Source: Eledone cirrhosa
Lineage: Eukaryota
DNA: 64,000 nucleotides
Reading direction: 5' to 3'
Assembly: GCA_964016885.1 (NCBI GenBank)
Contig: OZ024755.1
Location: forward strand, 9,734,001-9,798,000
Shown here: positions 41,386 to 56,367 of the stretch, piece by piece
Layout: each line of letters opens with the position of its first letter
Numbering within the stretch: position 1 is the first letter of the stretch
Made by a program: the position numbers and the translations under genes
The notes under the pieces: model-generated
The model's database searches: none
What the model was told of the DNA's origin: nothing
What the model saw: the letters and a program-made list of their open reading frames with translations, nothing else

Positions 41386-44300
41386 GACAACCCATTTCAA
41401 CCTAAATCAGCCAAAACCAGCTCTGGTTCTATGAAACAAAAACTAACCTTATTAAAGGGATGTTATTTAAATTAAAATCTTCCAGCATAATTTTATATAA
41501 GAACTATATGTTGAGTTAGTATCTTAGTAATGAAATAATTAGTAATTTCATTAAAACATTGAAATACTTGGTAACAATATAACCCTCTGACATCAGTGTC
41601 ATAGATGGCTGGTCGCCCTAACAATAACACCACTCCATGTTGGAACTCACGTAGATATAGCCTATTATATACTAGGTGCTTTGTTTTTAAAATCTAAATA
41701 GAGCATATCAATAGAAAGTACAGTGTCATTCAAATGACTACTTTCAACTTTTAATTATATAGAAATCAATTACAATATTTCGTATTGATTAATGAAATTT
41801 CGTTTTATCATGAATGACATTTACAATAACATTTTGTTGTAGTCAACAAAGTGATGACTTTTTTTACTACCAAACCACCTGAAACAACTCATGGTTCTGT
41901 GAGTGTCTTTGTTCCTTTCTTTTATATTTCCTGAGATACTTTACCTAACTTATTCAACTATTGTTTATAGCGACTATTAATATAGTTATCTGCAATGCAG
42001 AGATTATGTTTTCAAATTAAAAAAACTGTTTCTTTTAATGTGTTTATATTTATCTATAAACTTCCCATCATAATTTTATCTAAAAACCTTTTGGTTGACT
42101 GAATCAATTGATAGGGTCTCAGACCTCACTCGTTTATTGAGTGAGGTGGAACTCGTCAAATCAGACCGAGAAATCAATGTTTCCATTGGTCTTTCTATTG
42201 CTGATACTATCTACCACTCGCAACTCCTGGCAGAAAGAGCAACATAAAATAAAGTGTCTTGCTCAAGGACACAACACTTCACTCGGTTCAGGAATCAAAC
42301 TCAGAACCTCCCAATTGCAAATCCAATTCTCTAACCACTAAGTTATGAAAAAGTCAATTATATTACTAAATCACTCGATTATTTTGAAAATTATTTCAAT
42401 ATCATGGACATTAGAAATATGGTAACAAACCTTACCAATACACTGCCTGTGTTTCAATTAATTTTGAAAATAATCAAAAATTTGATGGGATTTAATAAAA
42501 TAATTAACTTCATTAGTAAGCTGATATTTAGAACATTACATAGATAGTAACTTAACCCTTTAGCATTTAAACTGGCCATATCCAACCAGAATTCTCTCAC
42601 CTCTTTCTGTTCAATTGGGCATAACTAGACACTCATACTGATGTCAAGGTATTGTTCTCAAAATAAATATAAAAATCTTATAAATTCGATATTATCTGAG
42701 ATAAAGACTTTACTGCAAGAATACAATAGGATATATAGAGTAATGTAAATCTAAAGGGTTAAATAAAATAATTGTTTCTACTTTTGGCACAAGGTCAGCA
42801 ATTACCCCAGTGCATTACTGGTAGTTTATTTTATCAACCCTGTAACGATGAAAGGCATAGCTAAACTCGGAAGGATTTGAACTCAGAACATAAAGGTTCA
42901 TAACTCTATGCTGCAAGGCATGGTGTATGATGCTCTACTGATACTGCCAATCCAGAAAGTTTTATTATAAGTATTGACATCTGTATGGTAAGTCCAGGGC
43001 AGCTTCAAGTGGTTTCAGGCAGTTTGGTATGTAAACAAGTTGCTTTGCATCATGTAAAGAAATAGTTGGTTTTGTTTGTAGCAGTTGGGAATTTCTTTAT
43101 TGGCAATGGTTGGTGGAAATATAGAGCAGAGTGAACTAGAGGGAAAACACGTAGATATATACTATGTGTATATGTATTAATCAATACAAAATATTGTAAT
43201 TGATTTCTATATAATTAAAAGTTGAAATTAGTAATTTGAATGACACTGTACTTTCTATGTGTGTATGTATGGATAGATGGATTGTATGTGTGTGTGTGCA
43301 TATGAATGTATGCGTGTTTGTGAGTGGGTGTGCATAGGGCTGTGTGTATGCATGTGCGCATGACTGTGTGAATTGTATGCGTAGGGCTGTATGTAAGTAT
43401 GGTTGTGTATGGATGGATTGTATGTGGGTAAGTTTTACATTGCCAGGTTGGGTATGAGCCTGAGAATCTACTCTATTAAAATGCCTCAAACAATAAGTGT
43501 CTCATATAGCCTGGAGATGTTTGGAACTGAAGAACTGACAAGGTAGAGGGCCAAAAGTGAGTTATTGGTGCCTTAAAACCAGTTGCACTGGGTACACAGA
43601 ATTTGTCAGCCTTGAAGGGTCACTTTGGTTCCAAAACCAGGGTAGATGGGACTCTCATAGTTATGACAACCTATCTGTGCACAGGAAGTCAGAAATATTT
43701 CTGGTTGTGAAGGACACTGGGAGTGAAGGACCGAAGCTATTGTCAAAGCGTTTTTCTAAGAGTGGGAAACTCTTAAGTTAAAACCTGCAGTCTACATGGT
43801 TACTGGTCACCTTGCTTAGGGTTATCATAGATAATCACTAAGACTTAATGGTACTCCTATTGTACAAGAGTTTGTCATTATAATCCATGATGTACAGATG
43901 TTTCTTTTACAATCTCCTCATCTGTCATTCTATCTGTGTATCTTTGGTGCCCTATCTTGTTTTTTCTAGCACAAGCCAGGACTCTGAATTCTCAGCACTT
44001 CTTATAGTCTAAGTCTAACGTGCTTGTTAGGCCGGGGCTTATCCCGGTTTCAAGCGACATGATTCCTTCCTGGACAGGATTCCCGACCATCATAGGGCTA
44101 AACCCCCACCTATTGCTGGTACTCATTTTCAGCTGAGTATACTGGAGCAATGTAAAATGAAGTGTTTTGCTCAAGAACACAACACGCAACCCAACCCTGG
44201 AATCGAACCCATTACATTATAATCGTAAGTCCAACACCCTTACCATTAGGCCACACACCTCCACTACTTCTTATAGGCAACAGACATATATCACTGGCTA

Positions 44301-44610
44301 TTTTGGGTATCACACAAGACTGTGCCAATGCAATATCAACACTTCCATAGTTTCATCGCCTCAGAAGATGAAGTATAGGCAGGAGCAGATGTGGTTCTTA
44401 GGCAGTCATATTGTTGGAGTTCTACTGGGGTTAGGTCTTGGTCATGCCATACTGGTGTATATCTTTTGCAAGGGCAGAGAGGTACTGGTGGTGATGGAAT
44501 CGAGGAATCACAAAGAGATGACAATCATCCATGAAGATGGAGTTATCACCATGTATGTGTATATGTATCTACAAGTATGCACGTGCATGTATGTATGTAC
44601 ATACGTGTAC

Positions 44611-44652
<42 letters not shown>

Positions 44653-45276
44653 ACGTGTACATATGTATATACGTGTGTGTACGTGTACATATGTATATAC
44701 GTGTATGTATATATATGTATAGTAGAAATAGAAGTTCTAGTACTAGTACTACTAGTAGTAGTAGCAGCAGTAGCATGGTGCATTACCTAGTAGTACTGTT
44801 TCATCGCTTGCATAAATGACATGATTCCTTAAAAAGATATTACCTCTCCTGGTTTATAAAAAGTATAGTGTAGCTGTGATATGTATGTTGTTCCCCACCC
44901 TCCCTTAAAACATCGTTATCATATTTCTAGTGAAACTCACTGCCGATGATTTTCAAATAACTGAAAATATTCCCGAATTTGGAAGGATTTAATAATATGA
45001 CTAACTTTATCGTTATTAAGCTGGTCTTTGCAGCACGACTTAACAAAGGTTCTTATATAGAATTATGATGGAAGTTTTACATCAATATACACACTTTAAA
45101 ACAAACAGTTTTGTGTAGTAGACCCAGGGGTGGTTTCAGTACCAAAAGAGTTAAATGACAGTCTATTTCTCGCTTCACAAACCACCCCTAGTTCTCAAGT
45201 ACAAAACTGTTTATATTTATCTAAAGGTCTTCCATCATAATTTCATGTAAGAACCTGAGAAAGTTATTTTACTAAA

Positions 45277-45369
<93 letters not shown>

Positions 45370-45723
45370 TGTGTGTGTATATATAGGTGTGTGTGTGTAT
45401 ATATATATATTTGAGAAACCATAAGCAGTATCATCCTTCGTTAGAAATATTTCTACTATAGGCACAAAGCCAGCAATTGGGGGGGGGGGGGGGGGGGGCT
45501 CGATGAAATCGACCTCAGTGCATTACTGGTGCTTTATTTTATCAATCTAGTAAGGATGAAAGGCAAAGTTAACCTCGACGGGATTTGAATTCTGACCGTA
45601 AAGGGCCGTAACTATGCTGAAAAGTAGAAATATGATAACGAAAAGGTTAACTAAAGCAAGACAAAAATTTACATAATTTATGCGTGTTGTGATTGTACAC
45701 GTGCGATGTAATTCTTTCGAATC

Positions 45724-45757
<34 letters not shown>

Positions 45758-46227
45758 GCAATAACCAGGTCACGATTGAAGATTGAAAGCGGGGGGGAGG
45801 GCGGTGTCAATAACGAAACAACAATTCATTCCACTTCTAGCAAAAATAACTCTCTATTTGGTACCTTATTGCCCTGTAACAGATATCCATAACAGAAAAG
45901 CCTTAAGGGCAACCCATATTAGCAGAAATATAATTTATTGACAGTGATGACAGACATGAATGAGAATCTATATCTAACCGTAAATTATGGTTACAGATTT
46001 TTTTTTCTACACAAAGTAATAATTAATCAATGGTAACGAAGACACCGCGTAAACATTAAAACATTTACATAATTGATAAATACTATATATGTGTTGTTAT
46101 TGTAATTATGTTATGCTGCTGAACGAGAATATAAAACTGACAAAACAGCAATAAAAAAACATTTGTTCGTGTAAGTAAGCAAGATATGGTTAAAAATAAA
46201 CAAGGAGTGAAAGTTTTAAATATTTAC

Positions 46228-46264
46228 CTGTTCCCCACCGATAAACATCGTATTCTAAGCCCAT
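46228..46264 (-). CDS. PFKFB: PFKFB putative first coding exon (MGLEYDVYRWGT+G)
   Basis: ATG at 46264, 37 nt, then donor CAG|GTAAAT. Phase 1 matches exon 2. Lies in a non-repetitive, CpG-richer region. No homology evidence for this exon itself. Confidence 0.6.
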
Positions 46265-46589
46265 GATGAATCCGTTCAATTTCTCACAGTTAGCGAAGAA
46301 AGTAAAACGGGTGGAAGGAGTCCAAAGAGGGTTCGGGTGGACGTAAAGGAATGAGAATGGGACAAGGAAAAGATATATTATAGTAAAGTAGATAGATGGA
46401 CATGTATCGTGTATCTCAGCTCGATTATGATGAACACATTGACGTAGTTGTACTTGACAGTAACAGAGGTCGAAGAGGGAGAGAGACTTTAGCTACTGTT
46501 TACATACAAATAAATAGTTGTGTGTGTGTGTGTGCGAGGGAGGTGTGTATGTGCATGAGAGAGAGAGAGAGAGAGCTGTGTATAAGACA

Positions 46590-46900
46590 GAGACACAAAG
46601 AGAGAAGGAATGTGAGAGAGACACAGAGAAGGAGGTGTGTGTGTGAGAGAGACACAGAGAAGGAGGTGTGTGTGAGAGAGACACAAAGAGAGAGGGAGTG
46701 TGAGAGACAGACCGAGAGAGATAGAGGTGTGTGTGAGAGACAGAGAGAGATAGAGGTGTGTGTGAGAGACCGAGAGAGATAGAGGTGTGTGTGAGAGACC
46801 GAGAGAGATAGAGGTGTGTGTGAGAGACCGAGAGAGATAGAGGTGTGTGTGAGAGACCGAGAGAGATAGAGGTGTGTGTGAGAGACCGAGAGAGATAGAT
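46590..46900. repeat. 28-bp GA/GT compound minisatellite
   Basis: GACCGAGAGAGATAGAGGTGTGTGTGAG-like units, just upstream of the putative exon 1. Confidence 0.9.
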
Positions 46901-47798
46901 CAGTTGAATTTGGAGTGAAAAAAGCAGTGTAGGCTAGCAGTTGTTGCTACTACAGCTGGGTGTCGACGATAAAGAGGGCGGGGTAAAAACCAGGAGAAGA
47001 GGTTAGGTTAGGTTGGAGAAAGAAGGAAGATAGTTGATAATAAAAAGGCTAAGATAGGGTGAGACAGACGTGTTGAATTAAACTGTCAACAATAGAGATT
47101 CTGCAATAGGTAAATGTAACGATGATGTAAAGTAAAACAGGAAGGAGAAATTATGCATTATACCTCGCCTTTATACCTTTTGTATTTATATCAAACGTGT
47201 TTAGATAGCATGGCTTTCCTCATGTACTACACACGTAGACAACAATATTTAATACCAAAATACGACTTTTCACTATTTTTTATCCAATAAACTTGATTAT
47301 CTTTTTTCTTTTGTTATATATAAAGAAAAGATTTTGAATAACTGACGTTATCTTACGTTCCCCGTAGACTATTGCTAATCGTTGAAAAACTACATATAAA
47401 GGGTGTCCCCTTAAAATGTATAACACTTCAACACCATTGTAATCAAAGTGTGTATACATTTTTTGGTGACACCCTGTATACACACACATACATTACATTA
47501 CATTACATTATATATATATATATACACACATACATATACATACACACATATATATACACACACATATATATATATACATATATACATACATACACACACA
47601 TATATACATACGCACATATATATACATACATACGCACATATATATATATATACATACATACATACATACACATATATATATATACGCACATATATACACA
47701 TATATATATATATACGCACATATATATATATATATACATACATACACATATATATATACGCACATATATATATACATACATACACATATATATATACG

Positions 47799-47834
<36 letters not shown>

Positions 47835-48621
47835 CACACACACATATCTATCAGATTTATTCTTAAATACATGTTAACCAGCAATGTTGTGTGGAGATTG
47901 TTTAAGAAACCGGAGCCAAACTCGATAATTAAGAGTAAATGCTAAACAATAGCAAGGTATGCGAGATATGAGAAAAACAACTAGAAAAGCACATGCACAC
48001 CTGAATAACACATGCATACCTAAATAACACATGCATACCTAAACAACACATGTACACATGTAGTTTCTAGTAATTACCGAGATATTTCTATACCAATAGC
48101 AGCGATGTTTTTTTTAAAAAAAACGTTAAACAAACGATGAGGGCGATATCAGTTTCGTTTGAAGTATAAAATATTTATTTCTAATTTTTAACAAACCTCA
48201 TTTGAAATATATTTATTCACCACAATTTTAATTCTACAAATATATATTTTGGTACTGTTTTCAAGTTGGCTTTCAAGGACCACCCGGTGAATTTAACATG
48301 GTTAACGAAGAAGACAACACTAATAGGACCAAGAAAACACAATTTAATATCCAAACCCTTATCTGTGAACTGATAGGACATATATCAACAAATGAATTAC
48401 CATCGATCGCATTTTTACTTATTTCAAAGATTTTAATTTGCATTGACAACAATGAACACGTCAGGTAAGTGATATGAAATTTACTTTTTATGTATTTATT
48501 TTTAATTTGAAGATGTAATTACATCTTGGAAAAGTCGTTTTTTAACACTAAAACTGTTACATTCACTTGTTAAAATGTTCGTCGCACGATTTGCGAACTG
48601 GTCACTAACAGTTCCGCTGTA

Positions 48622-48657
<36 letters not shown>

Positions 48658-50645
48658 AAAGTTTATATGGTTCGTTGATTATTCAACGAATACAATTTTA
48701 CAATAGATTAGAAGCACTCGACAATATTTTCTGGAGTATGCCACTATTGGAATTGAATAATCAAAACCGTAGCGGTATGTCGCATATACAATCTCACATA
48801 TATTTTATCTGATGAAAACGTACTTAAACACTATTGTACCTTTGAAATATGTATAATAACATATATATTTTGGTTATGAGAATATTTTTCATTTATTGAT
48901 ATTTTATAGTCTTTATTATGGTTAAGTGATGAGTCTTGTTACTTTCGAGTTTCACCTGTATACCCACAGGATCATCAGAATTAAACTTACCACTTAGCCT
49001 TAATAAAGAACATACATTCCTTAATGTAGTGTGTAGTTGAGTGTGTATGTCCTCTCTTGTCTTTATTTATTCATTTACTCAGACTAATTTTTATCGTAAA
49101 TCATATTTATATATATATACATATACAATATGTTTCTAAAAATAAAGTTTGCGCTCTTATTTTTAAATGCAAGTATATAAGATTTCAGTTTTTAAAAAGT
49201 TTATGAATAATTCAAATTTCAGACTAATATATTGTTTTAATAATAATTTTCTAAAATTAAACTGAAAAAAATTAAAATGTGTGATGTGATGTGATCACGT
49301 TTTGTTTCTGTGGAATATCGCATTGTTTATCTCATTCCCAGTAAATGTAAGTTAAATTTAGAACCAAGAAATAGTTAATAAGAACAACACCACGGAAGGT
49401 GGGAGCTTAGAAATTAGATAAAAGTAAACACGATAGAAGACAATTCTTCCCTCGTATCGTGTGAAATATTCTTTTAAATATAAAATCGTTACAGTTAGAG
49501 CAAATAGCACACCAAATTTCGGTGTTTTCAAGGAAATACAAAATAATTCACAACTTAAAACCTCTATGAGCGACCGATTATTTTAAATATAAATTTATTT
49601 GAGATTTAGTTGTTTAAAATTAATTATCCAGCATTATTCCTGATGTTTAGCCACAGGTCAGCCTTAAGTAGATTTATTATCAAAGACGTTTCAGCCTTCA
49701 CTATCCCATCTAGGAATGCATTTTTGGCTGCTATTTCTAGCGAGTAGAAGAGCGACAAGGTAGAAGCATCCCCAAGCTTTGTTATTTTTAGCTTTCGAAA
49801 CGAACGACTAGCAATGGTGTGTACTTCAGTATTCCTTAAAACATGTGTAATTAAGCTATTTTGGTGTAAATGTTTGTTGGTGGTTTGCTTAAAACAACAA
49901 CAAAAATTCGATTATGATTTCATTATATTAGAATTTCAAATTGATTAAATAAATCAGCTTTTTTCGTAACATTTTCAATGAAGAGTATTTACAGAACTAT
50001 AGATATGTTTATACTTTCATCGCATGTAGTATCGTCAATAATTGAAGATATTAATTTTTAAAAACTCAACATATAAAAAAGTCTTAATGTTGAGTAGATG
50101 TTTAATTAGTTAATCAAAATTCGTAATATTGGTTAGAGGAGAATATTGAGTTAGTTCGCTTAACGACTTCTTCGACCTTGAGCCAAGCATTGGGGGGGGG
50201 GCAAGGTTAAGGTTATTTCAAGTGCCACACCGAGAGGCGGGACCAACGTGTGTGAGTTTGTATGTGTAAAGCTGGCATAAACAGTCTTGTGAAATACAAG
50301 TAGGTTACGATCGTCATCCTTCGTATGAATATATATTAGGAACAGTATATTTATGACTTTCAAACCAAAAATTTCTAAATTTTCTCTTTAAAATTAACAA
50401 AACACCCATATTTATGATAAAAATTCATAAAAATGTCTTCACATTTTTTTTCTAACGATGTTGTCAACTATGTAAAACGAAGTATTTAGTGTCTTTTTTT
50501 TTTCTCAATAATGATCTCATTTTTATTTATCCACCCCACTTTTATTTTTCTCATGTTTATTAAATACTTTTATTATTCTCTACCATAAAACCATAAATAA
50601 ATATATCGTAAATAGATTTTTAATCAAATGATGAACAAACGATAA

Positions 50646-50678
<33 letters not shown>

Positions 50679-50795
50679 ATACGTTCACATTTTTTTCTAA
50701 ACAAATTATGAAATTTTGAAGAATTAGTAAGAATTAATAGTAATTTTCAATACCATACAGGTTCGTAAGTCGAGTAACAAGGTCTATTGTAACTA

Positions 50796-50840
<45 letters not shown>

Positions 50841-51983
50841 TTCCAAACAGGCTTTCCTCATGATTTCAAACGAATGAAAAGAGTTCTATTTGTATAGAAG
50901 TCATTTTTATATGAAATAAATATATATATATATTGCTGCGATATATTATTAACAGTTCAAATCCCGCCGAGGTTAACTTTGTCTTTCATCCTTACGGGGT
51001 CGATAAAATAAAGTACCAGTAATGCACCGAGTATTTGCTGGCCTTGTGCCAAAAGTAGAAACAATTATTAACAAGTTGTGAGAAAGAGAGAGAGAAAATA
51101 TAAGAAAATATAGGAAATCTAGGTGCGACTATATAGAAATGTTAGTATCTGCTTATATAAATAAACTAGCATTATTACATCTTTTATAATGTTATCGAAA
51201 TAGGTCTACGTGCGAACGAATATGTTTTCTATATTGGGACATAAAACTATTGGGTATCCTCATTAAATCATTATGTATTCATTTGACCTTAATACATGAA
51301 AATTAAAACTAAAAAGGTCACATGTTAAAATCCATCATCAGGTAGAGATATTCTCAAAGGAATTGCCGAGAAAGGTGAAGACATGATTCTAGTAACAAAA
51401 TGAGAATAAACATATTTCGCAGGCTTCAACTACTTAAGTGCGTGTAATTGTTTGTGAGTGTGTTAGGGTGAGGTTGTGTATGTGTATTTATTTGTGTGTG
51501 ATTCTATGTATGTGTGTGTTGAGATTTAGTACAGTCCGTATCTCTAGTTTTTTTTTTTTGGGGGGGGGGGGGGTATATTTTTGATAATATAGTTTACCTG
51601 TTGTAAAATAAACTTTCGTTCTTAAAATGTTAAGAGGAAGAAAGAGAAATGCTAACGGGTGTCTGCTGATAATTCCTTGCCAATCAGATTACACACATAT
51701 ATACATACACAACCTATATACACACCCATACACATATATATGGTGTATGTATATGTTTTTATATACATAGACACAGACCTACATACACACGGGCACACAT
51801 GTACATACACTACATAAATACAGTCAGAGAGATAGATAGACAATGAAATAAGATAACAGGAATGTATCAATTTATTGTTTTTCCCATATTTGCGTCTTTG
51901 TTTCTTTTTTTTTTTTTTTTTTTGAAAATACGTGCTATTCCACGGGTCTCCTCAGAAACAATCATTGCCAAAGCAGACGACAT

Positions 51984-52277
51984 AGAGAGAAGCATAGCTC
52001 TCTGGGAGATGGTGAGGTAAAGAGAGAAGTATAGATCTGAGGGAGATGGTGAGATAAAGAGAGAAGTATAGATCTGAGGGAGATGGTGAGATAAAGAGAG
52101 AAGCATAGCTCTCTGGGAGATGGTGAGGTAAAGAGAGAAGTATAGCTCTCTGGGAGATGGTGAGGTAAAGAGAGAAGCATAGCTCTGAGGGAGATGGTGA
52201 GATAAAGAGAGAAGCATAGCTCTGAGGGAGATGGTGAGATAAAGAGAGAAGCATAGATCTGAGGGAGATGGTGAGAC
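51984..52277. repeat. 39-bp minisatellite, ~7.5 units
   Basis: AGAGAGAAGCATAGCTCTGAGGGAGATGGTGAGATAA-like units. Confidence 0.95.
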
Positions 52278-55200
52278 AGAGGAATTACAGGTACCACTGA
52301 GAAGTACGAGAGAGTACCTAATAAAATGGAACAGATGAGATCAAAGAATCGAGGGACCAGTTACTAGACATTAAGAAGTGTGTGTGTGTGTGTGTGTGTG
52401 TGTTTTGATTTGATGGAAGGAATGCATTGCGTCATCGATTGAATATTTTTCTCGGTGCACCTGCACCAACACAGGTTCTTATGCACTTGGAGATTTTAAA
52501 ATGGCTCCCAGCCCCAGGGATGGATTAAGCTTGCGTGTGTAGATCCTGAACCTAGTTGAAATTTAATTGGAGCAACCAATTAGCACTTCACTGACTTGAA
52601 ATAGGACAATCTACACTGACGTACATTATCTGAAAGAATGCCTTTAATCATAGGCCTGCTTGATACGGGATGACTTGGGGCTACACAAAGTTGGCTAAAT
52701 TAATGTGTATCTTATTGTTCTTTGGAACAATATTTGAAGAGGAAATACATTCACATTTGAAATCCAGATATCTTCAATTTTACATCTACTCTTCCATGCT
52801 GGCATGGGTTGGACGAGGGGATATTTTAAGGTAATGTTTTACAGCCGAATGTCTTTCCTGACACCAACCTTTTTAGTCACTTCTTACGACATGCAGGGAT
52901 ACAGTGTACCTAATCTAAAAAGCCTTTTGTTTTAGCTGTAGGCTAATAATCAACTGAATGGAATCACTATTTCTGACCATTTCATTACCATATTTCTAAT
53001 GAAAGACATGTCTATGATTTTAAATGATTCTGAAAATAACAAGAAATAAAAAAAATGTGTAAAATGTGAAGAACCATTAACTGAAGCAGTTTAGGAAACC
53101 AAGAGATGCTTTATTAAAGGGAGGATTTCCATGTGAGAGGAGGGACATTCTCAAGCCTAATATCCTTTCAAGATGTTAGAGGCTTGACATATGTGAGGAA
53201 GATTTTTTTTTGTTATCATGTGCCGGATCCAGGGTTGACGTCTATGGGCTGCAGAAATAATACTTAAATAGGAAAGGAATATAAGAGAGATTTGTAGCCA
53301 GTCTCTTGACAAAATTAGCTAATTTAATTCTGCAACAAATTGGGCACAAATTCAGGGAGATTACTCTAGTAATATTGTTGTATATGTTATCAATCTAATC
53401 TTAAACATTCATAGTAGTTCTCAACTTAGATCAAGTGTCCAGTTTGAGTAAAATATTAATTCCTATAAGCCTTCTTTTTATTGAGATGAAAGTAAAATCC
53501 GATGAAATATGACAGCAAAGAGACGGATGTTAAGTAAGGATATTACATATGAAATGAGAGCAAAATAAATAAATTTCATTGACGCAAGAAATATGATTTG
53601 CAAAAGTCATATAGTCAAGAGTATACCTTCTCATATATAATAAGGCACTTATATAGACACACATAGTTTATTTCTTTTGTAAATTAGTTTTACATTCGTA
53701 ATTAAAATATTTTAAAACAAAACATCCGGTACATCGAATTTTGCTTTCACTTCAATATAAAGCAGTCTTATAGGATTTTCCTAAATCGAAAAATGATTTC
53801 ACCTAAACGACATGATGTTAATTATCTGACTGACTATACCACCAAACCCACTATAACAATCCATGAGAAACTACCCTAGTCATTATCGCGGGTGTAAGGG
53901 AGACCACTCTTACTGCACTTTCGTGTTTCAAAGATGAAAAAGCATATTTGATTATATATTTATTTACAAACAAAAAGATAAAGAAAAAAGAAATAGTATC
54001 TATTATATACATATTTATGTCGCGGGTAACAGCCACTGCATTAACAATTCCGCCCCAGGGGGTTTCTTCTTCAGGTGATGAAAGAAAATATGTCAGTAAT
54101 AATTTTATTTAACGTGTTCTAATGAAATTTTGATGTGGTTTCGGAATTGTACTTTTTTTATTCATATAAATTACTAAATGATTAACAGTTTATAAAAAGA
54201 GAGTAATAGGGGGGAAAAAAAGAGAAGACAAGCACACCCAATTACATGCCAGAACGGGGGCGGTGGAGTTATCACTAATTATTTCTTTTTAATTAAGCTA
54301 AAACACTTACAGCATTGCCATGGGTGATGACAAAGTTAAGGCATTGGCCTAACCAAACACCGCCACGGACATTATCTGATGCTTCAGCCACCAGTATTTA
54401 TTTTTTAGAGTCTAGCACTGATTTTATTAATCGTATTTTTGCCAAACCACTGTTACGAGATACACACACACACACATCACAATCCTTGTTACTGGGGAAA
54501 CAGATTAAATGATTACATACACACACACATATATAATATATATATATACATACACAAACAAACAACGGGTTTCTACATAGTTTTCGTCTACAAAATTTCG
54601 TTGACACGGCATTGGTCAACTTGAGGCTATAGTAGAAGACAATTGACCAAGATACCATGCAGTGTATTGGACCAAGAACTACGTGGTTACAAAAATGAAC
54701 ACCTTAACCACACAGCCATGCCTACACCTATATTATCATCACCGTCGTTTAACGTTCGTTTTCCCTGCTAGCAAGAGTTAGATATGTCTTTAAAGACTGG
54801 TCAGTATTCAAGTGAGACCCCTGACTACCATGTGGGCCATGCGGGAATGTATCCTGCATACATACATTCCCGCACACTATCAAATACTCCAACAGGCTGG
54901 TGACCCGATATACGATACTACTCTCTACCGAGTGCCCATGTTATCGTGGCATTAACACTTGGAAAGTTGTCATGTCTTTGACACAGCTGAAGAGTCCTCC
55001 TGGCCCTTTGTTTGTCAGGTTTTCTACTACAGTTAAATGCCCTTCCTATCATCATATATTTCTTCATGATTAAATGCAAACAGATTAGTGAACTGAAAAA
55101 CAAATCCAAGTTACAAAAGCCTTCCTTAGTCAATAGTAGTAATTGATTGATTTGTTATATTAAAACTGGTGTATGTGGCATAGGAAGTATGCCATGCTGG

Positions 55201-56281
55201 AAAAGAGATAATGTGTAAGAGAGAGGGGTGGTGGATGGAGATAGGTGGTAGAGGGGGAAAGGGGAAGAGATAGAGAGGTACATTCAGTCACACAGAACCA
55301 CGATAGTAGTGTGGAGGTAGATAGAACCATGATAGTAGTGGAGGTAGACTGAGATAGTATCACTTGAGAAAATACCTTAGCTCAGCAGAGCACAGAAATA
55401 GCAGTGTAATCAACATTCCTACTATTTTGGTGAGTGTCGGTAAGTTTACTTAGATCAGGTAACATAGTTCCTGCCATAGAATAATATTACAGTCTTTTTA
55501 AACCTTGTTGATATGTATAGATACGTGCAGGTAACTATACATCTGAATACAGGTGAGAACAGATGAAAGAAATGAATTACTCTCAATATATCTCTAATTA
55601 GTCTTTTAGCTCTTTTGATACCAAACTGTCTGAACCTACCCACTGCTTCTATGATACAAAGTTGTTTATTTTAACCCTGTCTTTATCATATTTCTAATTA
55701 AAAAACACACTACTTATTATTTTCAAATAATTTGGAAAATAATCAAGAATTTGGGGGAACTTACAGTCCACATCGAGGGTACTAAAGAAACTTGTTAAAA
55801 AATTTTAACACAGCCTCTATGTTGCATGATATGCCTAAACTGAAGGCAAAAAATTAGAATATGAACTTTGCAGCAAGCTCCATCGATTTTGGGGGTGTTT
55901 AGGGTCTGGGCAATGATTAGTCAGTAGGAGCTTTTTTATAGGTGGTGTTTGGAACATAACTTAATATGGGTTCTTGCATAAAATTATGATGGAAGGTTTA
56001 TTGATAAATATAAACTCTTTAAAATCAACAATTAAGTATTGTTGATCTAGGGGCAGTTTCAGTCAGTTTAGTATCAAAACGGTTAAAGTTTTTATATTTA
56101 TATAAAAACCTTTCATAATTTTAAGTAAGAAAATGGTTATGTTATGCTCCAATAATTTTAAGTAAGAAAAGGTTATGTTATGCTCCAAACACCAGCTTAA
56201 TAATGCAAAAGTTACAAAATATTTCTATTTTTTTTTTTTTTTTAAATTAATTGAAAATTATATGCAGTCTTTCATTAGGAA

Positions 56282-56367
56282 TATGAGGGTTGGCTGAAAA
56301 GTTTATAGGCTAACCAAGATACTCTCACGGAATGACCAAATGAGGTTTATTTTTCAAGATAGTCCCT
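56282..56367 (+). mobile_element. Mariner-like terminal fragment
   Basis: TATGAGGGTTGGCTGAAAAGT resembles a mariner TIR; no partner end seen. Confidence 0.45.

Noticed and set aside
43480-43960. Possible CR1/L2 RT remnant on minus strand (PNISRLYETLI-like)
   Set aside because: Too degenerate to support without a database search.
54050-54080. CTGAAGA-A-GAAA-CCCC-CT-GGGG on minus strand as a hammerhead
   Set aside because: No stem II, no UH site, no stem I pairing.
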